A stretch of 64,000 bases of DNA from an uncultured Flavobacteriales bacterium (GTDB lineage Bacteria > Bacteroidota > Bacteroidia > Flavobacteriales_D > Sanyastnellaceae), in assembly GCA_905478325.1 (NCBI GenBank), contig CAJQIB010000010.1, positions 3,773-67,772 on the forward strand, written 5' to 3'. Shown in pieces: positions 45,137 through 54,363 of the stretch. The notes beneath the pieces are model-generated. The model made no database searches and was not told the DNA's origin. It worked only from the letters and a program-made list of their open reading frames with translations. The position numbers were made by a program, and so were the translations under genes. Every line of letters starts with the position of its first letter. Positions within the stretch are counted from its first letter, which is position 1.

Positions 45137-45219
45137 GCCACAAAATTGCAGCGAAGGAACCAATTTCCATCACACCATTCGCCAAAAAAACCCACAATAC
45201 GTGTTGGACAATCAGGAGA

Positions 45220-45831
45220 TCAAGACCTACCGTAAGACGAGCCGACCGCCAATTGCATAAACTCCTTACGGGTCTTTGGGTCATTCAAAAACGCGCCTGT
45301 AAAGGCACTCGTTGTAGTGATGGTGTTTTGCTTTTCGACCCCTCGCATTTGCATGCACAGATGCCGCGCTTCAATCACCACAGCCACTCCTTTCGCTCCT
45401 AGGGTCGCCTGGATGCAATCGCGTATTTGTTCCGTCAGGCGCTCTTGCACTTGAAGACGCCTTGAAAACGCATCAACAACCCGTGGGATTTTGCTCAAAC
45501 CAACAATTTTACCATCCGGGATGTAGGCCACATGAGCCTTTCCGAAAAATGGCAAGAGGTGATGTTCACACAAGCTATACACTTCTATGTCACGCACTAA
45601 AACCATCTCATTACTTGGTTCAGCAAACAATGCACTTTCCAAAATAGCAGCGGCATTCACTCCCATTCCTGACGTCAAAACCGCTAGTGCTTTTGCTGCC
45701 CTTTCAGGCGTTTTCACCAGTCCCTCTCTCTCTGGATCTTCTCCAACCTTCTCTAACATCGAGCGATAATTCGTTGCGATTTTCGCTATCGCTTCATTAT
45801 CAAAGCGTTCTGTTTTCTCGTATAGTGCCAT
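45220..45831 (-). CDS. folE: GTP cyclohydrolase I
   Basis: [35 protein letters not shown]. Confidence 0.97.
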   Translation of the reverse strand: MALYEKTERFDNEAIAKIATNYRSMLEKVGEDPEREGLVKTPERAAKALAVLTSGMGVNAAAILESALFAEPSNEMVLVRDIEVYSLCEHHLLPFFGKAHVAYIPDGKIVGLSKIPRVVDAFSRRLQVQERLTEQIRDCIQATLGAKGVAVVIEARHLCMQMRGVEKQNTITTTSAFTGAFLNDPKTRKEFMQLAVGSSYGRS

Positions 45832-46253
45832 TACGATTCGCCGGAATAGTCGGCGTAGTTATTTTCAGTTTCGTACAGTCGAATCCGTTCGAGTGTACAA
45901 CCATGCGTGGCGATGATTGGTTCAATCTGCTCCCAAATTCCAATGACTAAATTCTCAACTGAGGTCTGCTTCCCTTTTAACCACGGAACATCCATGTTGA
46001 GGTTTCGATGATCCAATGGCTCCTCTACATACTCGTTGATGATCGCTTTGAGGTCAGTAAAATTAATGAAGTAGCCTGTGGCTTCATCAATAATACCGCG
46101 CACGGTGACATGCACTTCATAATTGTGTCCATGCCAATTGGGGTGGGCGCACTTACCAAATACTTCGAAATTCTTAGCTTCATCCCACTCTTCATTCCAG
46201 AGTTTGTGGGCTGCATTAAAACGCGCTCGGCGTGTGATGGATACCTGTTTCAT
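45831..46253 (-). CDS. 6-pyruvoyltetrahydropterin synthase family (COG0720)
   Basis: [30 protein letters not shown]; 1-nt overlap with folE. Confidence 0.9.
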   Translation of the reverse strand: MKQVSITRRARFNAAHKLWNEEWDEAKNFEVFGKCAHPNWHGHNYEVHVTVRGIIDEATGYFINFTDLKAIINEYVEEPLDHRNLNMDVPWLKGKQTSVENLVIGIWEQIEPIIATHGCTLERIRLYETENNYADYSGES

Positions 46254-46303
46254 CTTCGTAAGGATGACAAAGATAGGCGAAGCCCCTGTCTTACCTTTGT
46301 CCC

Positions 46304-47305
46304 ATGATTGTCATTACAGGAGCGGCAGGATTCATTGGAAGTGCATTGGCCGCGAGACTCAACGAAGCGCGTTTTTTTGACCTGGTTTTAGTGGACGACT
46401 TTAGCCGTGAGGACAAAGCGCCCAATTGCGCTGGACTCATCCATGCTCATCGCGTGGAGCGCAGTGATTTCGCAATCTGGTTGGAGGTGCATCAAGCGCA
46501 AGTACAATTCGTCTTTCATTTGGGCGCGCGCACCGACACGACAGAGTTGGATCAGGCCATTTTTGATGAACTTAATCTCCATTATAGCCAAACCGTTTGG
46601 AAGCAATGTGTACAGCATGGACTTCCTTTGGTTTATGCCTCTTCTGCGGCAACATATGGGGCTGGAGAACACGGATATCATGACTCCCACGACGTTGTTT
46701 CTAAATTAAAGCCCCTGAATCCATACGGAGAATCAAAGAATGATTTCGATCAGTGGGCCCTATTAGAAGATGCCGCGGGACGTGCCCCCTATTTTTGGGC
46801 CGGGTTGAAGTTTTTCAACGTATTCGGCCCCAATGAATACCACAAAGGCCGCATGGCCAGTGTCGTATTGCACACCTTTCGGCAGGTCAACGAAACCGGA
46901 GGTATGCGACTCTTTCGTTCACATCGACCCGATTACACAGATGGAGGACAAACCCGTGACTTCGTCTATGTCAAAGATTTGACAGAAGTCTGCCTGTTCT
47001 TGATGCACCACCGCAAGGGAGCGTCCAATGGACTGTACAACCTTGGAACAGGTGAGGCCCGTACTTTCTTAGACCTCGCTTTAGCGACGTTTCACGCGAT
47101 GGGAAAGGAACCTAACATTGGATTCATTGATACGCCTGAAGACATCCGGGACACCTACCAGTACTTTACCGAAGCCGATATGAACAAGCTGAGGTCCATC
47201 GGTTACGAGCGGCCCTTCCTCTCTCTTGAAGACGCGATTGAGAACTACGTTCAGGAATACTTAATGCCCGGCGCCTATTGGTCAGCGCCAGAAGCTCAAT
47301 CCTGA
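46304..47305 (+). CDS. hldD: ADP-L-glycero-D-manno-heptose 6-epimerase
   Basis: MIVITGAAGFIGS, YASSAATYG, PLNPYGESK, EYHKGRMASV, YQYFTEAD. Confidence 0.92.
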   Translation: MIVITGAAGFIGSALAARLNEARFFDLVLVDDFSREDKAPNCAGLIHAHRVERSDFAIWLEVHQAQVQFVFHLGARTDTTELDQAIFDELNLHYSQTVWKQCVQHGLPLVYASSAATYGAGEHGYHDSHDVVSKLKPLNPYGESKNDFDQWALLEDAAGRAPYFWAGLKFFNVFGPNEYHKGRMASVVLHTFRQVNETGGMRLFRSHRPDYTDGGQTRDFVYVKDLTEVCLFLMHHRKGASNGLYNLGTGEARTFLDLALATFHAMGKEPNIGFIDTPEDIRDTYQYFTEADMNKLRSIGYERPFLSLEDAIENYVQEYLMPGAYWSAPEAQS

Positions 47306-47670
47306 GCTTTTTCTTGCAGTAATACCAATTTGTTGCGCAGTGTTTTCAAGCGCTCAAGCAATTCATCCTTCCCTGCGATCGCCCCTTCTTGCTGTTTTGA
47401 CTCCATGGAAGCGGCCACAACACTTCGCTTTCTCAAGGCCTTCCGTGCACCCTCCAGAGTATGCCCCTCCTCTTTGACCAGCCAGTGGATTTGCTTGATC
47501 AATTGAATGTCAGCATTCGAATAGAATCGTTTCCCTCGAGCATTCGTCCGTGGTTTTAGCAAGGTGAACTCCTTTTCCCAATATCTCAACTGAGACGCAT
47601 TTACGCCCAAGTCCACAGCCACTTCCGTGATGGAGTGGTACCGTTTTTCGATGGGTTTATTCAATGGCAT
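47296..47670 (-). CDS. MerR family transcriptional regulator
   Basis: SITEVA...LRYWEKEF...GKRFY, TLEGARK. Confidence 0.88.
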   Translation of the reverse strand: MPLNKPIEKRYHSITEVAVDLGVNASQLRYWEKEFTLLKPRTNARGKRFYSNADIQLIKQIHWLVKEEGHTLEGARKALRKRSVVAASMESKQQEGAIAGKDELLERLKTLRNKLVLLQEKAQD

Positions 47671-47737
47671 GGGAAACAATCGGCTTTTATAAATTGATCT
47701 TTACCAATGTAAATCAACTTGTTAGCACTTCCAAAAA

Positions 47738-48715
47738 TCAATCGAAGGATTGATTCGTGTCATCTACTTTTTCAAGCATCTCTTCATATTGTTCCGGACT
47801 CAGATCATTGAAGAAATAAGGCGCCGGATTCACGCGCTTACCGTCTTTGCGCACTTCATAGTGCAGGTGCGGAGCGCTTGACGTGCCCGTTGAACCAACC
47901 AAACCGATCACTTCCCCACGTTTCACCCGCTGTCCCTTTTTAACCAAAGTTTTGCTCATGTGAGCGTAGAGGGTCTCGTATCCGAATCCATGCTTGATGA
48001 TGACATGTCGTCCAAAACCGTTGTAGAGTCTTTTTGACAGGATGACCTGGCCATCGCCCGTTGCAAAGATTTCCGTTCCTGTGGGCGCGGCGAAATCCAT
48101 GCCATGGTGCATCTTTCGCACCTTGTAAATCGGGTGAATTCGGTAGCCATACCCACTTGCCATGCGTCTCAAGTCCTCATTTCGAACCGGTTGAATTGCC
48201 GGTATGGACTTCAGCATCTCCGTGCGATTCTGAGCCAATTCCAGCACATCATCAAACGAGCGGCTTTGAGCAACCAGTTTGCGCTGCAATTCCGCCACCG
48301 TATTTCCCAATGAAATCACGGCATCTGAATGCGAATAACCCCGAAGATCTCGCATGCGATCCGACCCGCCAATTCCGGGATTCCGCAAATGTTCTGGATA
48401 GGGATCCGTTCCAAAAACAGCACGGTAAATCGCATCATCACGACGAGAAATATCTTCCAAAATCACCCCCATATCCATCACATTGGAGGCCATTTGCTCG
48501 AGTTCAGACTCCATAAACGCAAGCTCTCTTTCTCGCACTCGATCCGCAGGACTTTCGAAGTAGCGGTCGAACACAAAAATGCTTCCCCCTGCAATGCAAG
48601 AAAAAAACAGGAGTTTTTTGAATCCAAATAGAAGGTAATCCCGTAAAGCAAAGGGCAACTCTTCCATTTGGAGAGTTCGCTCATTGAATCGAAACTTATG
48701 AAAGCGCTTCGCCAT
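47738..48715 (-). CDS. M23 family metallopeptidase
   Basis: GYRIHPIYK, HHGMDF, YAHM, PHLHYEV. Confidence 0.93.
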   Translation of the reverse strand: MAKRFHKFRFNERTLQMEELPFALRDYLLFGFKKLLFFSCIAGGSIFVFDRYFESPADRVRERELAFMESELEQMASNVMDMGVILEDISRRDDAIYRAVFGTDPYPEHLRNPGIGGSDRMRDLRGYSHSDAVISLGNTVAELQRKLVAQSRSFDDVLELAQNRTEMLKSIPAIQPVRNEDLRRMASGYGYRIHPIYKVRKMHHGMDFAAPTGTEIFATGDGQVILSKRLYNGFGRHVIIKHGFGYETLYAHMSKTLVKKGQRVKRGEVIGLVGSTGTSSAPHLHYEVRKDGKRVNPAPYFFNDLSPEQYEEMLEKVDDTNQSFD

Positions 48716-48826
48716 TTGAACAAAGGTGCAACGTAATTTCACACTTCAACGAAAATCAAGAGCACGTTTTACAGATTTTTGCAACGAAAACCTCTCTCGT
48801 TTCAACGACAGCTAGCAAACTACCCC

Positions 48827-51442
48827 ATGGAATCCCAACTGATTCGACAGCACTTCCTCGACTTCTTCGCTTCCAAAGGACATGAAATTGTTCCATCGGC
48901 GCCCATGGTCATCAAAGACGACCCGACCCTGATGTTCAACAATGCCGGAATGAATCCATTCAAAGATTTGTTTTTAGGCAACAGTCCGATCATTCACCCG
49001 CGCATCGCAGACTCACAAAAATGCCTACGCGTGAGTGGCAAGCACAACGATCTTGAGGAGGTGGGGGTTGACACCTACCACCACACGATGTTTGAAATGC
49101 TCGGGAATTGGTCCTTTGGAGACTATTTCAAAAAAGACGCCATTGATTGGGCATGGGAATTGTTGACTGAGGTCTACAAGTTGAACCCTTCCAAATTGTA
49201 CGTCACGGTTTTTGAAGGCGATGAAAAGGATGGACTCCAAGCGGACAATGAAGCCGCGGAATTATGGGCTGCACATGTTCCTGCAGAACAGATTATCCTC
49301 GCGAATAAAAAGGACAATTTTTGGGAGATGGGGGAAACGGGACCTTGTGGTCCTTGCTCAGAAATCCATGTTGACTTGCGAGATGCATCTGAAATAAACA
49401 AAATACCTGGGCGGGAATTGGTCAATGCAGACCACCCTCAAGTTGTGGAAGTCTGGAATCTCGTGTTCATGCAATTCAACCGCATGGCTGATGGCTCCTT
49501 GAAGCCTTTGCCTTTGCAGCACATCGACACCGGAATGGGCTTTGAACGCTTGGCCATGGCCCTTCAAAACAAACAATCCAACTATGACACGGATGTGTTT
49601 GCCCCCTTATTGAAGCAGATGGAGTTGATCTCGGGTAAAGCCTACGGACGCACAGATTCAAAAGCGGACATTGGCTTTCGGGTTATTTCTGATCATATCA
49701 GAGCGGTTTCATTCAGCATTGCAGACGGCCAGCTCCCCGCGAATACAGGAGCCGGGTATGTCATCCGACGGATTTTGCGCCGCGCCATTCGATACGGATA
49801 CTCTTTCTTGGATTTATCGGAGCCCTTTATGCATCAATTGGTGCCTACTCTCGCGAATCAGATGGGCACTGCCTTCCCCGAGCTCGTCGCTCAGAAAGCG
49901 CTGATTGAACGCGTTATTCTTGAAGAAGAAGAATCTTTTCTACGAACGCTTTCAAAGGGAATCGAACGGCTAGAGGGTCGATTAACCGAATTCAAGCCCT
50001 CAAAATCACTGCCCGGTGAGGTGGTGTTTGAGCTCTATGACACGTTTGGATTTCCGTTGGACTTGACCGCTTTGATTGCGAGCGAAGCAGGCTATGTGGT
50101 GGATGAGGCTGGTTTTGAAAAAGCCATGCTGGCCACCAAAGAAAGAAGCCGCGCTGCAGGAAAAATCAGCACCGACGATTGGATTGAGGTACACGCTGGT
50201 GAAGCCGGCCCTTTTGTAGGATACGATCACATGGAAGCCTCGGTTCGCATCTTGCGCTACCGTCAGGTTACTTCAAAGAATAAAAAATTCCATCAAGTTG
50301 TACTCGATCAGACACCGTTCTATCCCGAAGGAGGTGGACAAGTGGGTGATTCAGGCTCCTTGACGGGCGAAGACGGGACGGTCGTGCATGTTTTCGACAC
50401 CAAAAAGGAAAACAACCTCATCGTTCACTTTGTCAATGAGCTACCCACGGCATTGAACGGTTCTTTTCAAGCTAAAATCAAGTCCTCTGCACGGCTCGAT
50501 ACGCAGCGGAACCATACGGCAACACATCTGCTTCATGAAGCTCTTCGCGAGATACTCGGTACCCATGTTGAGCAAAAAGGATCGTTGGTAAAAGCACAAG
50601 CGTTGCGGTTTGATTTTTCTCATTTCGCCAAGGTTTCCGAAGAGGAACTGCAGCAAATCGAATCGCTCGTCAATGAGCGCATTCAAATCAATTACGCATT
50701 GGTAGAAGACCGTGACCTTCCTTTAGAGGAAGCCAAAAAACGCGGTGCCATGATGCTCTTTGGAGAGAAATACGGCGAGCGCGTGCGGATGATCGGGTTT
50801 GGAGAATCCAAAGAATTGTGTGGAGGCACGCATTCCCCTGCCACGGGGGCACTGGGCTTGTTCCGAATCACACAAGAAACCGCTGTGGCATCGGGCATTC
50901 GACGGATCGAAGCGAGTACTGGCATGGCAGCCGTTCTCCTAGCGCGTCAAGAACAGCATGCCTTGAAATCAGTCAAAGACGCATTGAAGTCTCCGCCCGA
51001 TTTAAACAAAGCAGTTGAAGAGTTGCTCAATAAGCAAGTTGAACTTCAGAAAGAATTGGACGTCTTCAAGCAAGAAGCCGCTCAACAATTTAAAGGGCAG
51101 GTCATCCAAGAGTTAAAAACGGTTGATGGCATCAACATCTTCATCGGAGAGCTGCCACTTGAGACCGGAGCAATTAAAGACATCGCTTTTCAATTGAAGC
51201 ACGAGCACGCTCCCTTCTTTGGAGTCTTTGGATCACGTGTTGGAGGAAAGCCCACATTGTCTGTAGCCTTGAGTGACACCCTGGTTTCAGAGCGTCAACT
51301 CAATGCCAGCGCTATCGTTCGTGATCTAGCGAAAGCCATCCAAGGTGGTGGTGGTGGCCAACCCTTCTTCGCCACGGCCGGAGGCAAGAACCCCGAGGGC
51401 ATGGACACAGCCCTTGATGCGGCACGCCTGCTGAAACTTTAA
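48827..51442 (+). CDS. alaS: Alanine--tRNA ligase
   Basis: DDPTLMF, HHTMFEMLGNWSFG, IDTGMG, HTATH, ELCGGTH. Confidence 0.98.
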   Translation: MESQLIRQHFLDFFASKGHEIVPSAPMVIKDDPTLMFNNAGMNPFKDLFLGNSPIIHPRIADSQKCLRVSGKHNDLEEVGVDTYHHTMFEMLGNWSFGDYFKKDAIDWAWELLTEVYKLNPSKLYVTVFEGDEKDGLQADNEAAELWAAHVPAEQIILANKKDNFWEMGETGPCGPCSEIHVDLRDASEINKIPGRELVNADHPQVVEVWNLVFMQFNRMADGSLKPLPLQHIDTGMGFERLAMALQNKQSNYDTDVFAPLLKQMELISGKAYGRTDSKADIGFRVISDHIRAVSFSIADGQLPANTGAGYVIRRILRRAIRYGYSFLDLSEPFMHQLVPTLANQMGTAFPELVAQKALIERVILEEEESFLRTLSKGIERLEGRLTEFKPSKSLPGEVVFELYDTFGFPLDLTALIASEAGYVVDEAGFEKAMLATKERSRAAGKISTDDWIEVHAGEAGPFVGYDHMEASVRILRYRQVTSKNKKFHQVVLDQTPFYPEGGGQVGDSGSLTGEDGTVVHVFDTKKENNLIVHFVNELPTALNGSFQAKIKSSARLDTQRNHTATHLLHEALREILGTHVEQKGSLVKAQALRFDFSHFAKVSEEELQQIESLVNERIQINYALVEDRDLPLEEAKKRGAMMLFGEKYGERVRMIGFGESKELCGGTHSPATGALGLFRITQETAVASGIRRIEASTGMAAVLLARQEQHALKSVKDALKSPPDLNKAVEELLNKQVELQKELDVFKQEAAQQFKGQVIQELKTVDGINIFIGELPLETGAIKDIAFQLKHEHAPFFGVFGSRVGGKPTLSVALSDTLVSERQLNASAIVRDLAKAIQGGGGGQPFFATAGGKNPEGMDTALDAARLLKL

Positions 51443-51465
51443 TCGAAACGAACGTTGAGTTCAAT

Positions 51466-51491
51466 AAAAAAGCGCCTCAGGGCGCTTTTTT
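51466..51491. terminator. Bidirectional intrinsic terminator
   Basis: AAAAAAGCGCC-TCAG-GGCGCTTTTTT between convergent genes. Confidence 0.88.
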
Positions 51492-51517
51492 CGTTCACAG
51501 GAATGATGTCGCTGGCT

Positions 51518-51943
51518 TTATGCCGCAGACAAACCCATCGAAGACTTGTCTTTCTTCACTCCAAGTTTACCGTAGACAGGTCCATCATATTCTTCTTGAT
51601 ACGCCAGACCCAAATTCAGCATGTAAAACACATTGAAGAAAACCACCAAAAAATAATCAAGGGTTGTTCGTTTTCCGAAAGATTGCGCCAATTCTATCAT
51701 GGTGCGCAATGCGAAATACACATTGTACCCTGGAATCAGAAACAACAAAGCGTGGGAGTCAGGACGGCCAATGATTCGCATGGCTACAACCACATTGTAT
51801 CCCGGGACAAATGCGGTCCAACCCGGCTGGTCACATTTCAAGAACAATCTCCAGTTCGCCCCCAAGGAGATTAGCGTAAAAAAAAGTGACATGAGAAGGA
51901 TCGCGCCACTCACTTCAAAACCGAAAATAGTAATTGCACTCAT
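51518..51943 (-). CDS. DUF5684-like small membrane protein
   Basis: WRLFLK...GWTAFVPGYN, LIPGYN, LAQSFGK, EYDGP; start may instead be GTG 51964. Confidence 0.75.
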   Translation of the reverse strand: MSAITIFGFEVSGAILLMSLFFTLISLGANWRLFLKCDQPGWTAFVPGYNVVVAMRIIGRPDSHALLFLIPGYNVYFALRTMIELAQSFGKRTTLDYFLVVFFNVFYMLNLGLAYQEEYDGPVYGKLGVKKDKSSMGLSAA

Positions 51944-52065
51944 GGGATATTCTGTTGCGTTCACTTTACTGACGAAGACTCATTGCAAAGGTTGCCTTCA
52001 ACAGCTTTAAGACGCACTCAGAATCAACAACTTATAAAATAAAAACTGTGGATGAATCTGTCTTT

Positions 52066-53241
52066 TTAATCTGACAAGCCACCGAAACGCTTGACCAAAC
52101 TGCCTGAAATTTTTTCTCCTTTCGGTGTCAATATGACAAGGCGCTCCACCACATTTCTCAATTCTCGGATGTTGCCCGTCCAATTGGCTTGTTCCAACTG
52201 CTTCATTGCATCGGTCGTAACCTCCATCTGAACTTTGCCATGCTGCTCGCAAATCCCCTGTAAAAAGTGGTGCACCAGCAACGGGATATCCGAACGACGT
52301 TCGTTCAGGGCAGGCACATGCATTAATATAACGGCCAATCGATGGAACAGGTCTTCTCGAAAACGACCTGCTTTTATTTCTGAACGCAGGTCCTTGTTCG
52401 TTGCTGCTATTACACGCACATCCACAGTGATTTCCTTTTCACCCCCCACTCGAACAATCTTATTCTCCTGCAATGCACGCAATACCTTGGCTTGAGCCGA
52501 AGCGCTCATGTCTCCAATTTCATCGAGAAATATCGTACCGCCTTCTGCCTGTTCAAACTTCCCTTTTCGTTGTTTGATTGCACTTGTGAATGCTCCTTTT
52601 TCATGCCCAAACAGTTCGCTTTCGATGAGCTCCGATGGAATGGCAGCACAATTCACCTCGACAAAAGACGCATCGTGTCGCAGGCTCAATTCATGCAGTT
52701 GCCGTGCGACCAGTTCTTTCCCTGTCCCGTTCCCCCCCGTAATCAATACCCGCGCATCCGTCGGTGCCACGGTGCAGATCATCTCCACGATTTCTCGAAT
52801 TCCATTGGACTTTCCGACAATCGCTGTCGAACGCTCCGTTTGGATTTTCCGATTCAATCGCTCCGTTTCCTTCACCAACTCACCTTGCTCCATCGCATGG
52901 CGAACGGTCAACAGAATTCGATTTAAATCCAACGGCTTTTGAATGAAGTCGTAGGCTCCTTTTTTCAGCGACTCCACGGCCGTTGGAACCGTTGCATGCC
53001 CACTGATCATAACCACACACGTTTTAATCTGCTTTTCAGAAAATGCATCCAGCACCTCCATCCCGTCCATTTCAGGCATTTTGATATCGCAAAAAACGGC
53101 ATCGTACGAAAACTTTGCTGCCAAGCGGACACCTTCCACTCCGTTTTCAGCTTCCTGTACTTGGTAGCCTTCGTATTCCAAAATTTCACGCAGGCTCGCC
53201 CGAATAGGCGCCTCGTCGTCGATGATTAGAATTTTTGCCAT
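52066..53241 (-). CDS. Sigma54-interacting response regulator (NtrX/NtrC-like, REC + AAA+, no HTH)
   Basis: IIDDE, CDIKMP, GGNGTGKE, ESELFGHEKGAFTSA, FLDEI, GNIRELRN. Confidence 0.92.
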   Translation of the reverse strand: MAKILIIDDEAPIRASLREILEYEGYQVQEAENGVEGVRLAAKFSYDAVFCDIKMPEMDGMEVLDAFSEKQIKTCVVMISGHATVPTAVESLKKGAYDFIQKPLDLNRILLTVRHAMEQGELVKETERLNRKIQTERSTAIVGKSNGIREIVEMICTVAPTDARVLITGGNGTGKELVARQLHELSLRHDASFVEVNCAAIPSELIESELFGHEKGAFTSAIKQRKGKFEQAEGGTIFLDEIGDMSASAQAKVLRALQENKIVRVGGEKEITVDVRVIAATNKDLRSEIKAGRFREDLFHRLAVILMHVPALNERRSDIPLLVHHFLQGICEQHGKVQMEVTTDAMKQLEQANWTGNIRELRNVVERLVILTPKGEKISGSLVKRFGGLSD

Positions 53242-53328
53242 GTGTCAATTTCCTTGGTTGTTCTAAGCGTTTGAACACCACCCCCGATGCAAAGATGCTG
53301 CCAAAAATGAGCAACTCCATTTAACGTG

Positions 53329-54345
53329 CTAAAGATCTGTCGCCTCGCACAAGACACCCTCTCTGAGTGCATACGCCGAACGCTTGACCGATGTGTTCGC
53401 CGGCATCCAACTCAAAACATGCTGGATCAGCAAACTTGCCAAGGGCAACATGCGCGCTCTAGGCGGGGCCATACCAGGCATTAGCAAGCGACTCTGTAGA
53501 TCTGAGGTCATCAGCAAATCATGCAATCCATCGAGTTTTTTTCGGTCAATATCCTGCACGTGGGGATGTCCCTGCTTTGAGCAATCAGGAGCTGTATGAT
53601 CGGGTTCTGCGCCCCCATTGACCACGTCCAAAAATGTATCGAAGGATCCGCTGGACCCTACCAAAACAACCGGTTGGAATTTTTCCAAAGCCGCTTTCAA
53701 TGGCGCCAACGTGTACTCCAGGAAGGGCTGAAAACGATCCGCTCCAGCTTGTTCCATGGGATCTGCTGGTTTGCCGAAATCATCCAGTCGGGCCACACCA
53801 GCATCAAAGCTCATCTTCCACAGCACATCAGACCGTCCTGTAGTGCCTTTGTTTTCGGCCACGATGAATTCCAAACTCCCCCCTCCAATGTCCATGATCA
53901 CATGACGGTCGCGGATGCGCTCCGTTGTCAGCGCAACACCCTTGTGAATCCAATGGGCTTCTTCGTCTCCCGTGATCACCTCAATCTTCCATCCGGTCAT
54001 TTCTTCCGCTTTCGTGCAAAACGCTTCCACATTCGATGCATCGCGAAGCACACTGGTCGCAATCACACGCACTTCGTCTACGGAGTAATTCGTCGTCGCC
54101 TGACTCATGATGCGCAATGCATCAATGCCCTTGGCAAACCGATCGGGCAATATAGCCGCTTGCTTGAATCCACCTTGCCCAAGAAAGACCGCATGGCGCA
54201 TTAGAAACTGCTCTTCCCACCGGCCTTCAGAAGCGTCCACTATGAGCATGGAAAACGTATTGGAGCCGCAATCAACAACCGCTATTCGGCGGCCGACTTT
54301 GCTAGACATTGGATCCAATTCCATGCTTTGATCCATCGTGATCAA
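53329..54345 (-). CDS. ppx: Ppx/GppA family phosphatase
   Basis: VDCGSNTF, ATSVLRDA, DIGGGSLE, ALREG; start uncertain. Confidence 0.88.
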   Translation of the reverse strand: MITMDQSMELDPMSSKVGRRIAVVDCGSNTFSMLIVDASEGRWEEQFLMRHAVFLGQGGFKQAAILPDRFAKGIDALRIMSQATTNYSVDEVRVIATSVLRDASNVEAFCTKAEEMTGWKIEVITGDEEAHWIHKGVALTTERIRDRHVIMDIGGGSLEFIVAENKGTTGRSDVLWKMSFDAGVARLDDFGKPADPMEQAGADRFQPFLEYTLAPLKAALEKFQPVVLVGSSGSFDTFLDVVNGGAEPDHTAPDCSKQGHPHVQDIDRKKLDGLHDLLMTSDLQSRLLMPGMAPPRARMLPLASLLIQHVLSWMPANTSVKRSAYALREGVLCEATDL

Positions 54346-54363
54346 TTCGTGGTTACAGCCGCA

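Noticed and set aside
51455..51874. 139-aa plus-strand ORF
   Set aside because: Starts across the alaS terminator and is antisense to the DUF5684-like gene
53596..54204. 202-aa plus-strand ORF
   Set aside because: Antisense to ppx
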